A program made the position numbers and the translations under genes. The notes under the pieces are model-generated. The model was not told the origin of the DNA, did no database searches, and saw only the letters and a program-made list of their open reading frames with translations. Below, piece by piece: positions 8,686-19,283 of a stretch of 39,069 nt of DNA. The DNA is taken from contig CAZCRK010000010.1 of NCBI GenBank assembly GCA_964501035.1, positions 1 to 39,069 of the forward strand. Direction: 5' to 3'. The stretch's first letter is position 1; each line of letters starts with the position of its first letter.

Positions 8686-9830
8686 GATTTAATCCTTTGA
8701 TGTAAAAATGATTGTGTCCAATTTGAGAGTTCCATAATATCATGGAGGTTTGGTGAGTTAATGGTATCGTGAGAAGAGATTGCATCCTCAATATAATGCG
8801 GAATATCCATAAATGTAATGTGCTCTTTTAAAAATGCTTCCACAACGGTATCATTTGCAACATTTAACACGATAGAAGATGAATCATTACTGAGTAAAGC
8901 CTGATATGCCAAACGAATACATGGAAATTTTTCTACGTTAGGTGCTTCAAAACTGAGTGATTTAATTTTGATTAAATCTAGGTGTTCCCAGCACATATCA
9001 ACATGAATAGGGTATGTTAAAGCATATTGGATTGGAATTTTCATATCAGGTAGCCCAAGCTGTGCCTTAACCGATCCATCTTTGAACTCAACCATTGAGT
9101 GAATAATAGATTCTGGATGCACCACAATATCAATTTTATCAGCATCAATATCAAACAACCACCGAGCTTCAATCACTTCCAACCCTTTATTCATCATAGT
9201 TGCTGAATCAATGGTAATTTTTGCCCCCATATCCCAATTGGGATGATTCAATGCTTCTTTTAGTGTGATATTTGGGAATTCATCTAATTTTCGCGCCCGA
9301 AAAGGACCACCCGAACCTGTTAAAATTAGTCGTTTAATCTCTTCATGTTTTTCACCAACTAGACATTGCCAAATAGCACTATGTTCACTATCAACAGGAA
9401 ATATGGAAACATTTTTTTGTTTAGCAAGCTCCATAATATGATGCCCTGCCATCACCATACTTTCTTTATTTGAGAGAGCAACATCAACCCCAGCATTTAT
9501 TGCATTGATTGTAGGCTCCATTCCCGAAGCCCCGACTAAACTGTTTAACATTATATCAACATCATCTCTTGATGCCATTTCCAGTAATGCTTCTCGTCCC
9601 GTTTCAATGGTAATATTTGTGTATTTTAATAAATTTTCCAACTCAGCAAGGTTTTCTGAATTCACCAAACAAACTGTATTTGGATTAAATTCCATTGCTT
9701 GTTTGGCGAGTAATTGCACATTATTATGGGCGGATAAATAAGTAATGTCAAAATCTTCCAACTTACGTATCACATCGAGAGCTTGTACACCGATTGAACC
9801 TGTTGACCCTAAAATTCCTATTTTTTTCAT
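8682..9830 (-). CDS. dxr: 1-deoxy-D-xylulose-5-phosphate reductoisomerase
   Basis: LGSTGSIG, PVDSEHSAI, TGSGGPFR, HPNWDMGAKITIDSATMMNKGLE. Confidence 0.98.
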   Translation of the reverse strand: MKKIGILGSTGSIGVQALDVIRKLEDFDITYLSAHNNVQLLAKQAMEFNPNTVCLVNSENLAELENLLKYTNITIETGREALLEMASRDDVDIMLNSLVGASGMEPTINAINAGVDVALSNKESMVMAGHHIMELAKQKNVSIFPVDSEHSAIWQCLVGEKHEEIKRLILTGSGGPFRARKLDEFPNITLKEALNHPNWDMGAKITIDSATMMNKGLEVIEARWLFDIDADKIDIVVHPESIIHSMVEFKDGSVKAQLGLPDMKIPIQYALTYPIHVDMCWEHLDLIKIKSLSFEAPNVEKFPCIRLAYQALLSNDSSSIVLNVANDTVVEAFLKEHITFMDIPHYIEDAISSHDTINSPNLHDIMELSNWTQSFLHQRIKS

Positions 9831-10399
9831 AATGATACTCTTATTCCAATAAATGGATTAACATTTAAATTTTGAATTTTATCGATAGAAATTCCAGCAT
9901 TTAGGCTTAACTGTTGGCTTATTGATTTTAGGATGTTTACCTTGCCCATATCATGATTGAAATTCTCATTTTGCAATCGATTAAACGATGCTTCGATTTG
10001 ATAATTCGTTATCAAAATACTTCCTGTTAACCCAAGATGAATCCATCGATAATCCTCATTTTCATGAAAACGAAGCCTATGCATTCCTGCATGAAAAATT
10101 GTTGACATATTATCAGCTATTTCCCATTTTGGTGAAAATCCAAAATCAATATGGTAATATATTTCTGTATCATCTTGATTTCCCAATGAAATTCCACTAT
10201 TAAATGATAGGTTTTCTGATGGCCACCATAGAACATTTACATGGTTAAACCATTGATTATTGTTAATTCCTATGAATTCAAAAGACAAAGGAATTTCATT
10301 CAGTGAATGATGGGATGAAAAAGTATATGTTGAAGCTATCTCTTTTTCAGTGGAGGAAAAACCTAAACTAAATACTAAAAATACAAATAGTAATCGCAA
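9827..10399 (-). CDS. Hypothetical exported, probably beta-stranded outer-membrane protein
   Basis: 190 aa ORF with signal peptide, coupled to lpxA and dxr; alternating pattern, ends PFIGIRVSL. Confidence 0.55.
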   Translation of the reverse strand: MRLLFVFLVFSLGFSSTEKEIASTYTFSSHHSLNEIPLSFEFIGINNNQWFNHVNVLWWPSENLSFNSGISLGNQDDTEIYYHIDFGFSPKWEIADNMSTIFHAGMHRLRFHENEDYRWIHLGLTGSILITNYQIEASFNRLQNENFNHDMGKVNILKSISQQLSLNAGISIDKIQNLNVNPFIGIRVSL

Positions 10400-10402
10400 T
10401 GA

Positions 10403-11170
10403 CTAAATGAGTCCTCTGCTACTATTTTCAACAAATGAAACAATATTTTGAATTTCTGGTGTTAATTCAATATCATGTTTAATTGCTTCAATCGCTTGGG
10501 TTACATTTAACTTTGATTGATAAATATGTTTGTATGCACGTTTTATCAGTTTTCTAGATTCTGCTGAAAATCCTCTACGTCGTAATCCTACACTATTGAC
10601 ACCAGCATATCTAAGCGGTTCACCTGTAGCTAAAATATAAGGGGGTAAATCTTGGACTACTCTGTATCCACCACCCACAAATGCATGGTCACCAATAGAG
10701 CAAAATTGATGAACTGGAGTCATACCCCCAATTGTAACATGGTAGCCCACGGTTACATGCCCCGCAAGCTGAACTCCATTTGCTAAAATAGTTTTATCAC
10801 CTACAAAACAATCATGAGCTACATGGACGTATGCCATCAGTAAACAATCACTCCCAATGGATGTTTTTCCTCGATCATTTGTACCTCGGTTTAATGTGCA
10901 AAACTCTCGAATCGTTGTATTATCACCAATTTCAATTAATGAGTCTTCACCTCCAAATTTCAAATCTTGAGGCACTTCACCGATTACTGCACCTTGAAAA
11001 ATACTACAATCTTTTCCAATTCGTGTAAATTCTTTGATTGAAACAGATGCTTGTATTGTAGTGTTGTCACCAATTTCAACATTTTTATCGATTACACAAA
11101 AAGGACCAATGGAAACATTTTTCCCAATTTTGGCTGAATCATGAATGATGGATGATGGATGGATTGCCAT
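10403..11170 (-). CDS. lpxA: UDP-N-acetylglucosamine O-acyltransferase
   Basis: Hexapeptide repeats, PQDLKF, HVAHDC, VHQF, NSVGLRRRGF. Confidence 0.97.
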   Translation of the reverse strand: MAIHPSSIIHDSAKIGKNVSIGPFCVIDKNVEIGDNTTIQASVSIKEFTRIGKDCSIFQGAVIGEVPQDLKFGGEDSLIEIGDNTTIREFCTLNRGTNDRGKTSIGSDCLLMAYVHVAHDCFVGDKTILANGVQLAGHVTVGYHVTIGGMTPVHQFCSIGDHAFVGGGYRVVQDLPPYILATGEPLRYAGVNSVGLRRRGFSAESRKLIKRAYKHIYQSKLNVTQAIEAIKHDIELTPEIQNIVSFVENSSRGLI

Positions 11171-11172
11171 GT

Positions 11173-12588
11173 TTAATTCCTATCAACAACTGAAGCCATG
11201 AATTCTGCTTCTGCCACTACTTCGTTATCGACTTTTGCCACTGCTTTGATTCTACACGAACCCATTCTAAAACGAAGCAACGAAACTTCAAATAATATTT
11301 GATCTCCAGGTATAACTGGTTTTCTGAATTTTGCACTACTAACAGCACTAAAATACATTAATTTTGTTTCTGGATTTGAAATTGAATTCAAAATTAAAAA
11401 ACCACCTGCTTGTGCCATAGCTTCTAAAATTAACACCCCAGGCATTACAGGTTGTCTAGGAAAATGTCCTTGAAAAAACTGCTCATTAATTGTAACATTT
11501 TTAATAGCAGTAACTTTATCTCCGGGAACCACATCTAGAACTCTATCAATTAACAGCAAAGGATATCTGTGAGGTAAAATTTGTTGAATCCCTTGAATAT
11601 CATATGCAATATCTTGTTTTTCTTTTTGAAGCTTATTGAGCGCGAGCTTTTTAGAATATGTTTTTTTAATTTTTTTCACTAATTCAACATTTGCAGCATG
11701 CCCACTTCGAGCTGCGATAAAATGACCCTTAATAGGTATACCTAAAAGCGCTAAATCACCAATCAAATCAAGTACTTTATGTCGAACAGATTCATTAGGA
11801 TATCTAAGTTCCATGCCATTTAAAATGCCGTTATCACCACAAAATACCTCAGATTTTATATTAAACAATGTTCGTAAATCTTCAATTTCATGATCTTGCA
11901 CTTCTCTATCAAGAAAAACCATCGCATTATCTACAGTTCCACCTTTGATTAACCCTTGTTCCTTCATTTGTTTGATTTCTGAGAAAAAACAAAACGTTCG
12001 AGCTGGAGCAACTTCTTCCACAAATTCATCTTCCAGAGAATAAATAGCTGTATATTGAGTGCCTAATGATGGGAATTGATAATCTGTCATAAATGTGACA
12101 CGAAACTTGTCAGATGGAAGAACATGAATATCTACACCTCTTTCAGGTTCAGAGTACGTGATTGTTTGATCAATGATTAATTCATCACGTCTTGCTTTTT
12201 GTTCAACTAATCCAGACTCAAGTAATATATCTACAAATGGTTTACAGCTTCCATCCATCACAGGTGGCTCTTTTTCAGTTAACTCGATTAAAACATTGTC
12301 AATTTGAATACCAGTAATAGCAGCTAAGATATGCTCCACTGTATGAACCCTGACATCATTTTGTTCAATTGTTGTTCCTCGAGAAATATCCACAACATGA
12401 TCAATATCAGCTGGGATTTCTGGGCAATTTTCTAAATCAAGCCGTTTAAATCTAATTCCAAAATTTTCAGGAGCGGGTTTAAATGTTGCTGTAGTTTCCA
12501 CACCAGTATGCAAACCAATTCCACTTATGCTTACAACATTATTAATTGTTCGTTGATAGTTTGATTTTTTTACATTTTCAGCCATCAC
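11173..12588 (-). CDS. lpxC-fabZ: Bifunctional LpxC deacetylase / FabZ dehydratase
   Basis: GIGLHTG, TVEH, PVMDGS, RHKVLDLIGDL (LpxC), then LPHRYPLLLIDRV, FFQGHFP..PVMPGVLILEAMAQ (FabZ). Confidence 0.96.
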   Translation of the reverse strand: MMAENVKKSNYQRTINNVVSISGIGLHTGVETTATFKPAPENFGIRFKRLDLENCPEIPADIDHVVDISRGTTIEQNDVRVHTVEHILAAITGIQIDNVLIELTEKEPPVMDGSCKPFVDILLESGLVEQKARRDELIIDQTITYSEPERGVDIHVLPSDKFRVTFMTDYQFPSLGTQYTAIYSLEDEFVEEVAPARTFCFFSEIKQMKEQGLIKGGTVDNAMVFLDREVQDHEIEDLRTLFNIKSEVFCGDNGILNGMELRYPNESVRHKVLDLIGDLALLGIPIKGHFIAARSGHAANVELVKKIKKTYSKKLALNKLQKEKQDIAYDIQGIQQILPHRYPLLLIDRVLDVVPGDKVTAIKNVTINEQFFQGHFPRQPVMPGVLILEAMAQAGGFLILNSISNPETKLMYFSAVSSAKFRKPVIPGDQILFEVSLLRFRMGSCRIKAVAKVDNEVVAEAEFMASVVDRN

Positions 12589-12593
12589 AACCC

Positions 12594-13607
12594 CTATAAT
12601 TTTGTTTTGTTCTCAAGATGTCTTACTCGTTTAAGTAATTCTGGTAATTGATTAATTACTACATCTTGTCGTTTCATTTTTGAATGAGGTCTAGCAGGAT
12701 TCCCTGATACATGTGAGTCTGGTTCTAAAGATTGCATAACCATTGATTTTGCTACAATTTTACACCTATCTCCAACCGTTATATGTCCCACAATTCCCAC
12801 GTGTCCAGACATAAAAACATAATTGCCAATTATAGCACTACCAGCAATTCCTGTTTGTCCCGCAATTAAACATCCTTTTCCAATTTTTACATTATGAGCA
12901 ATATGTACTTGGTTATCAATCTTTGTAGATTCTCCAATAATTGTATCTCCAATTGTACCTCTATCGATTGTACAATTAGCTCCAATCCAAACATCGTTTT
13001 GACACACTACTTTCCCCAAATGAGGTATTTTATGATGTTCTGTCCCCTCTGTCACAATGCCAAATCCATCTGAACCAACTACTGTGCCAGAATCAATAAT
13101 TACGTTTTCTCCAACAATTGTATTATGATAGATTGTAACATTCGCATGAATGACTGAATTAGCACCAATCTTAGCATCTCTTCCGATTACAACACCGGGA
13201 CCAAGGAAGACATTTTCTGCAATTGATACACCTTCTTGAATTGTTACATTTGGAGAAATACCACAACTCTGAGGGATAAATACATTAGAGTCAATAACAG
13301 CTGAAGAGTGAATCTCAGGAGTGAACGGTTTTTCGGGATGAAACAACCGTAGGGATTTTATATATCCCAGAAAGGCATTTTGAACACGAATAAGAGTTTT
13401 ATCCCCACGCTCTTCTGAGAATTTATCATCTACTATCACAACTGACGATTTGCAATCTTGAATAAAATGAAAATATTTTGGATCAGCTAGAAAGGTCAAC
13501 GAATGTTTATTCCCATCTTTAATATCACATACGTCTAATAATTCAATGGTACTATCGCCTTCAATAGTACCCTGAATAAATTTTGCTATATTTTCAACTG
13601 TGAACAA
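12594..13607 (-). CDS. lpxD: UDP-3-O-acylglucosamine N-acyltransferase
   Basis: Hexapeptide repeats, [25 protein letters not shown] start. Confidence 0.96.
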   Translation of the reverse strand: MFTVENIAKFIQGTIEGDSTIELLDVCDIKDGNKHSLTFLADPKYFHFIQDCKSSVVIVDDKFSEERGDKTLIRVQNAFLGYIKSLRLFHPEKPFTPEIHSSAVIDSNVFIPQSCGISPNVTIQEGVSIAENVFLGPGVVIGRDAKIGANSVIHANVTIYHNTIVGENVIIDSGTVVGSDGFGIVTEGTEHHKIPHLGKVVCQNDVWIGANCTIDRGTIGDTIIGESTKIDNQVHIAHNVKIGKGCLIAGQTGIAGSAIIGNYVFMSGHVGIVGHITVGDRCKIVAKSMVMQSLEPDSHVSGNPARPHSKMKRQDVVINQLPELLKRVRHLENKTKL

Positions 13608-14141
13608 TTATTCGTTACTATCAGTCCCTGGTTTTCTTAGAATTTCTAAAATATCTTCCGTTAAATCATGAGAATCGATAGCATATACAATTGAACCAGA
13701 AACTGCATCCATGATGTAATCATAACCACGTTCTTTTCCAACAATTTGAATTGCATTATCAATCACAGATAATACTGGAGCTAAAAGTTGGTTTTGAATC
13801 TGATAAATTTCACCTTCTGGACCAAACTTCTCCATTTGAAATTGTTGAATTGATTTGTCTAATTGAATCATTTCGTTTTCTTTTTGTTGACGACGGTCAT
13901 CACTCATTAACAATCGTTGACGATCATAGTCTTGTTTTAGACTATCAAGTTGCTTTGCTTTTATCTCTAACTCAGATTGTAATCGTCGTTGCTCTTTTTC
14001 AAGTTCAATTTGCACCTGTCTTACATCTTCATATTCAGACATTATTTTATTGGAATCAATGTATCCAATTTTCATTTCTGCAAATGAAATTGAGAGCATT
14101 AAAACTGAAACAATCAATCCGTTAATCCATAGTTTTTTCAC
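13608..14141 (-). CDS. skp: Periplasmic chaperone Skp/OmpH
   Basis: Signal peptide, KIGYIDS, coiled coil, GYDYIMD, DLTEDIL; lies between bamA and lpxD; GTG start with AGGAG. Confidence 0.93.
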   Translation of the reverse strand: MKKLWINGLIVSVLMLSISFAEMKIGYIDSNKIMSEYEDVRQVQIELEKEQRRLQSELEIKAKQLDSLKQDYDRQRLLMSDDRRQQKENEMIQLDKSIQQFQMEKFGPEGEIYQIQNQLLAPVLSVIDNAIQIVGKERGYDYIMDAVSGSIVYAIDSHDLTEDILEILRKPGTDSNE

Positions 14142-14159
14142 ACTATCTCCTTTTGTTTT

Positions 14160-16592
14160 TTAAAATGGCATACCAAAAATTAAATGATGTTCCCAACCAT
14201 GTGGGTCATTTTCATTTGGTAAATTATCAAACCCATACCCCATATCATATCCTAAAACTCCCAACATTGGCATAAACAACCTAATACCAACACCTGCTGA
14301 CCTCATAAGTTTAAATGGATCTGTTTTATCAAAATCATCATATACATTACCAGCTTCGGCAAATGCTAACGCAAAAATTGTTGGATTTTCAGATAACGAT
14401 AATCTAAACTCCATAGAATACTTCATTAGAATTTTTCCGCCTCCAGGGCGTAAAGACCCATACGAACTTACAGAAAGAGGTCCAATCATGTTATCAGGAT
14501 AACCCCGTAACATTTCACCATAAGGAATACCCGTTCCCCCCATAATAAATCGTGCATTATAAGGGATAAATGTTTGAGTTTCATTTTTAGATGGCAATAC
14601 TTTTAATGCTCCAAATTTTAGCACTTGATGCATAACAAATTTCTTAGCTATTGGTGTGAACCATTTAAAATCAAAATCATGTTTATGATAATTTTCATTC
14701 CCACCTAAAAATGAGCCAGCAAATGTAAATGTCCATACAAATTTTGACCCCGAAGTAGGAAACTCAGGGTGATTTCTGCTATCCCTTGTAATAATTTGAG
14801 TGAATGATATTCCACTTCGAGATGCATACCATCTATCACCATCTTGATGTATATCTTCACCAAAATCATCTTCTAAATCATCTTTACTTTCAGTATAATA
14901 TTTTGTATTTGTTGCCCTCAACATCCAAGAACCTCTAAAGAAAGGATCAGGCCATTTGAATCTGCGTCCCCATCGAATTGAACCACCATTTTGAGTTATA
15001 TCGTACGACTGAAAATTGTTTTGACTTCGTCCTCTTTCAGTATATGAATACGAAATACCTACAAGATTTGGAGTATCAAACAACCATGGATTGGTATAGC
15101 TTAATGAAAATGATTGATAATCTGATACTGAACTTGTGGGTTGGTATTGTTGTTGGTTTTGAACACCTCGTTGGTATGAAATTGAAAGTGTTTGACCTCT
15201 GCCTTGGAAATTTGGGAATTCAAATCCCCCCCCACCAGTTAATCCATGAACTTCGTTATAGCCCATTGAAAAATTTGCCATGCCCGTACTTTTTTCAAGA
15301 ACATCTAATGTAATATCTATTTGTTTTTCATTTACAGGTATTACATCTGGAAGGACATTTTCAAAAAAATTGAGCATGAAAATATCACGATAACTATCCA
15401 TTAATTTTTTACGATTAAAAATATCTCCTGGATAAACTCGTAGTTCTCGTCTAATAACATTTTCATGGGTTTTTTCATTTCCTGTGATTAATATTTTTCG
15501 AACTTTTACAATTTCATTTTCGGTTATCAAAAAGTGAACGTTTATTGAGTCTTCATCAACTGGAGTAATTTGAGGAATTGCTTGAAAATAAAAATATCCA
15601 TCATTTTGGTATAGGGCATTTACACCTTCAGCCAACGCCATTTGAAATTTCTCTTCATTATATGCATCGCCTTTTTCGAATCCAAAATGGGCTGACAATG
15701 TTGCATCATCATGAATTGTATTACCTTCCCAAGTAATATCTTTATAATAATACTTCGGACCTTCATAGATTGAAAATGTAATCACCATACCATTACCGCC
15801 CTGATTAAGTTCAATAGTTTCATCTTCAATTTGAAAGTCAATATACCCATTGTTTCGGTAAAACATTGCCAATTTTTCTTTATCTAATCTTAGAATATTC
15901 TCATCATATTTGCCTCTCCAAAACATCAGAAATGATTTTGATTTTGTATCAAATTGTTTGAGAAGTTTTCTATCTGAAAATGCATCATTGCCTTTGATAA
16001 CTATCTTTTTAACTTTAACTTTTTTATTTTCAATAATTTTAAATGATAAATGTTTTGAGAAATCCAATTCACCATCCTCAGTTGAAGTTTCAATCTCAAC
16101 ATTGTGAAAATGTTTTTCCTGGTATGCCTTTTTAATGGATTGTGCTGCCTCAAATATTGCATAATCTGATAAAATATGACCCGGTTGCAATTCAATTGAT
16201 TCAATTAGTGTTTCGTCTTTGATTTTTTTATTTCCAACAAAAGTTAACTTACTTAAAATGGGGAGTTCTTCTAAAACAATTTTTAAATACACACCTTCTG
16301 ATGTTTCGTCAATAAGTAAAATTTGAATATTCCCAAATCGATTGAGTTTCCAAAGCCTTTTTATACTTCGTTGGATTTCATCGGATTTAATGACTAGACC
16401 ACTATTTAACCTAGAAATTCGCAACACATCTGATGTTGACATACGAATGTTTCCTTCAACTTCTACGCCTAATACTTCTATCCCATCATTTTGAGATAAC
16501 AAGACTGACGCTAAAATTAGAATAGTGGTTAAATATTTATTTAATTTGTTCACTTGTTTGACCAAATCGCCTTTCACGACATTGATAATCAT
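14160..16592 (-). CDS. bamA: Outer membrane protein assembly factor BamA
   Basis: POTRA repeats (GNEKTHENVIRREL), NFQGRGQTL, LRGY loop motif, SAGVGIRLFMPMLG, C-terminal F. Real start may be GTG 16553. Confidence 0.95.
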   Translation of the reverse strand: MIINVVKGDLVKQVNKLNKYLTTILILASVLLSQNDGIEVLGVEVEGNIRMSTSDVLRISRLNSGLVIKSDEIQRSIKRLWKLNRFGNIQILLIDETSEGVYLKIVLEELPILSKLTFVGNKKIKDETLIESIELQPGHILSDYAIFEAAQSIKKAYQEKHFHNVEIETSTEDGELDFSKHLSFKIIENKKVKVKKIVIKGNDAFSDRKLLKQFDTKSKSFLMFWRGKYDENILRLDKEKLAMFYRNNGYIDFQIEDETIELNQGGNGMVITFSIYEGPKYYYKDITWEGNTIHDDATLSAHFGFEKGDAYNEEKFQMALAEGVNALYQNDGYFYFQAIPQITPVDEDSINVHFLITENEIVKVRKILITGNEKTHENVIRRELRVYPGDIFNRKKLMDSYRDIFMLNFFENVLPDVIPVNEKQIDITLDVLEKSTGMANFSMGYNEVHGLTGGGGFEFPNFQGRGQTLSISYQRGVQNQQQYQPTSSVSDYQSFSLSYTNPWLFDTPNLVGISYSYTERGRSQNNFQSYDITQNGGSIRWGRRFKWPDPFFRGSWMLRATNTKYYTESKDDLEDDFGEDIHQDGDRWYASRSGISFTQIITRDSRNHPEFPTSGSKFVWTFTFAGSFLGGNENYHKHDFDFKWFTPIAKKFVMHQVLKFGALKVLPSKNETQTFIPYNARFIMGGTGIPYGEMLRGYPDNMIGPLSVSSYGSLRPGGGKILMKYSMEFRLSLSENPTIFALAFAEAGNVYDDFDKTDPFKLMRSAGVGIRLFMPMLGVLGYDMGYGFDNLPNENDPHGWEHHLIFGMPF

Positions 16593-17280
16593 GAATGATT
16601 GTTAATAAATCATTCTTGGAAAATGAGGGCCAAAACACATCACTTAAAAACAATTCTGAATATGCAATCTGCCATAAGAGAAAATTACTAACACGAGCTT
16701 CTGCACCTGTTCTTATTAATACATCAAGATCAGGGCAATTTTTGGAATACAGGTTTTGTTCTATTGTTGCTTCATCAATATTATTGATATCAATCAATCC
16801 TTCTTTTACGGATTTACTGACTTTTTTAACAACATCAACTATCTCTTGGCGCCCCCCATAGTTTAATGCCAAATTTAGATTAAGGCCTGTATTGTTTTGG
16901 GTTAATTTTTCTGTATGGGATATTTCTTTTTGTACTTTATTACTTAATTCGCTAATTCTCCCAATAGTCGAAAAACGAACATTGTTTTTGTTTAAAGCAT
17001 CTACTTCTTTTTTTAACGAATTTACCAATAATGTCATTAAAGCATCCACTTCTGACTTTGGGCGATTCCAGTTTTCAGAAGAAAATGTAAATAGTGTGAG
17101 AGTTTTTACACCAATTTCACCGCAAAACTGAGTTATTTTCCTAACGGTTTTTACACCTTCTCTATGACCAGCAATTCTAGGAAGTTTTTTAGATTTTGCC
17201 CAACGTCCATTCCCATCCATTATGATTGCAATATGTTTAGGAATATTTTTCATATCTTTTTGATGATTATTTGAGTTCAA
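16537..17280 (-). CDS. uppS: Undecaprenyl diphosphate synthase (cis-prenyltransferase)
   Basis: HIAIIMDGNGRWA, FSSENWNRP, NYGGR, RVSNFLLWQIAYSE, RERRFG. Confidence 0.97.
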   Translation of the reverse strand: MNSNNHQKDMKNIPKHIAIIMDGNGRWAKSKKLPRIAGHREGVKTVRKITQFCGEIGVKTLTLFTFSSENWNRPKSEVDALMTLLVNSLKKEVDALNKNNVRFSTIGRISELSNKVQKEISHTEKLTQNNTGLNLNLALNYGGRQEIVDVVKKVSKSVKEGLIDINNIDEATIEQNLYSKNCPDLDVLIRTGAEARVSNFLLWQIAYSELFLSDVFWPSFSKNDLLTIIHDYQCRERRFGQTSEQIK

Positions 17281-17336
17281 TTTATTTTTTTCTAATGAAT
17301 AAGTAATAAACGTATTTCCAACACTAAAACTAACTA

Positions 17337-18392
17337 TCAGTTCCCGATATTTTCATTATTGCTTAAATCTACTACTTTTGATGCAATATTTTGATAAATT
17401 TTAGTAATTGGTGAATCTTCATATTGAATTACATATGGTGTTCCTTTATCGGCAGATAACGCTATTTCAGGACTGATGTAAACTTGCCCCAATAAAGGTA
17501 CATTGAGCCGTTCACTTTCCTTTTCACCACCTTTTCCTTTAAATATTTCAATTTTTTCATTACAGTTTGGGCATAAAAAGTGAGTCATATTTTCTATAAC
17601 ACCCAACACAGTTGTGTTTACTTTATTAAACATATCAGCACCTTTAGCTACATCGAGTACTGCTAAATCTTGCGGTGTTGTTACAATAATTGCACCTGAC
17701 AATTCATATTTTTGCACTAATGTTAATTGAATATCTCCAGTTCCCGGAGGTAAATCTAAAATTAAATAGTCTAATTCACCCCATGCAACATTATCAAAAA
17801 ATTGCTGTGTCATACGAGCAACCATAGGTCCTCGCCAAATTGCTGGTGAATTTTCTGAATTTAGAAATCCAAACGACATGAATTTCATTCCAAATTTTTC
17901 AACCGGAACAATTGTATTTTCATCGGCTACTAGTGGTGTTTCATTGGTATCAATAAGCATAGGTAAACTTGGTCCATAAATATCTAAATCAAGTAATCCC
18001 ACTTTATAATTTTTACTTAAAGAAGACGCAAGATTGATAGAAACTGTAGATTTGCCAACACCACCTTTACCACTTGCTACTGCTATAATATGCTTTACAC
18101 CGGAGATCTTTTTAGGAGATATCTCATTTTGTTGATGTATGTTTTTCACCTTATCTTGTTCTTTAAATTGAACAGATATGTTTTGAATACTATCAACTGA
18201 AGATAAAACATCAACTACTTGCTTGTGGATATGTTGCTTGTGATCATCATTTTGTGAATTAACAGAAAGGATTACTTCAACATTTTCCTGGTTAACTATT
18301 ATGTCATTAACCATTCCAAATGAAATAATGTCCCGATCAAAACCAGGATATTTTACTGTCTGTAATAATTTTTTTATTTTATCAACTGTCAT
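17337..18392 (-). CDS. mrp: Fe-S cluster carrier ATPase Mrp/ApbC/NBP35
   Basis: N-terminal DUF59-like region, ASGKGGVGKST, DIYGPS, DLPPGTGD, CPNC. ATG 18392 preferred because ATG 18407 abuts a hairpin stem. Confidence 0.94.
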   Translation of the reverse strand: MTVDKIKKLLQTVKYPGFDRDIISFGMVNDIIVNQENVEVILSVNSQNDDHKQHIHKQVVDVLSSVDSIQNISVQFKEQDKVKNIHQQNEISPKKISGVKHIIAVASGKGGVGKSTVSINLASSLSKNYKVGLLDLDIYGPSLPMLIDTNETPLVADENTIVPVEKFGMKFMSFGFLNSENSPAIWRGPMVARMTQQFFDNVAWGELDYLILDLPPGTGDIQLTLVQKYELSGAIIVTTPQDLAVLDVAKGADMFNKVNTTVLGVIENMTHFLCPNCNEKIEIFKGKGGEKESERLNVPLLGQVYISPEIALSADKGTPYVIQYEDSPITKIYQNIASKVVDLSNNENIGN

Positions 18393-18399
18393 TTGCTTT

Positions 18400-18440
18400 A
18401 AAAACATGCGAACGGCTACTCAAAAAAGCAGCCGTTCGCA
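18400..18440 (-). terminator. Intrinsic terminator-like hairpin after ferredoxin
   Basis: Minus strand TGCGAACGGCTGCT-tttttg-AGTAGCCGTTCGCA (14 bp, one G-U pair), followed by TGTTTTT. Confidence 0.75.
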
Positions 18441-18465
18441 CTATTTCTTGTTTTAGTTTTTACAA

Positions 18466-18804
18466 TTATCCGTTATATTCTCTTCCAAAGTAGTCGTAGT
18501 TCAATTTAATAAACTTTTCCCATTCTGCAGGTACTTCATCTTCTTCAAAAATTGCTTCAACTGGACATTCTGGTTCACATGCACCACAATCAATACATTC
18601 TTCAGGATCTATATACAACGTTTTATCTGTTGCATCAAATCCAGATTCTTTTGCCTCTGCACCAGCATCATCCTTGGGTGTAAATTGACCACCCGATTCA
18701 ACAAGGCTCACTAATTCAGGTCCATGAATACAATCAACAGGACAAACTTCTACGCATGCTGTATCACAAGTACCAACACATGGTTCTGCAATGATATATG
18801 CCAT
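18466..18804 (-). CDS. Dicluster 4Fe-4S ferredoxin with inter-cluster insertion
   Basis: CVGTCDTACVEVCPVDCI and YIDPEECIDCGACEPECPVEAIF; AGGGAG RBS. Confidence 0.93.
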   Translation of the reverse strand: MAYIIAEPCVGTCDTACVEVCPVDCIHGPELVSLVESGGQFTPKDDAGAEAKESGFDATDKTLYIDPEECIDCGACEPECPVEAIFEEDEVPAEWEKFIKLNYDYFGREYNG

Positions 18805-19283
18805 TTATTATACTCCCTAAATAATAATAATTAATATTTCAAAAATTGTGATCATTCGATCGCGCAAATTTACAGCTACGATTGAAAGTAGAGCAATTAT
18901 TAATCTATTAATTTAAATTGACCATATTTCTATGTTTTTCCTCAAAAATATAAATTTCAATCTTTGTTTAGGTAAATAATAATAGCTATTATTAAGTTAA
19001 CGAAAGGATTTTGTGTGAATTTAAACATTTAGAAGGTGTTGGCGACAAACTCCATAAATTAGGTTTTTTAAAATATATTTTATTTTTCTGTCAGGAATCA
19101 TTCTATAAATATGAGATGAACAGTTTACTGAATTTACAATCTTGACTCACTTGGCTTTTACCTAAAGAATATAGTTAGCCAAACTATGCAATCTGCCATC
19201 CTTCTAATAAATAACATCTATTTAACCGGATTTTCCGGATAAATGTGTTATAACTAATATAAACCAGTAACAGGTCTACAAAT

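Noticed and set aside
3051..9830. Genome-wide UGA reassignment (Trp/Gly) as the explanation for the in-frame TGA
   Set aside because: TGA acts as an ordinary stop in ATGA overlaps (umuD, K+ channel, 9827 ORF), and conserved Trp codons read here are TGG.
19029..19207. 6S RNA
   Set aside because: Length and closing stem fit, but I could not build the continuous rod with a central bubble; kept only as a generic structured leader.
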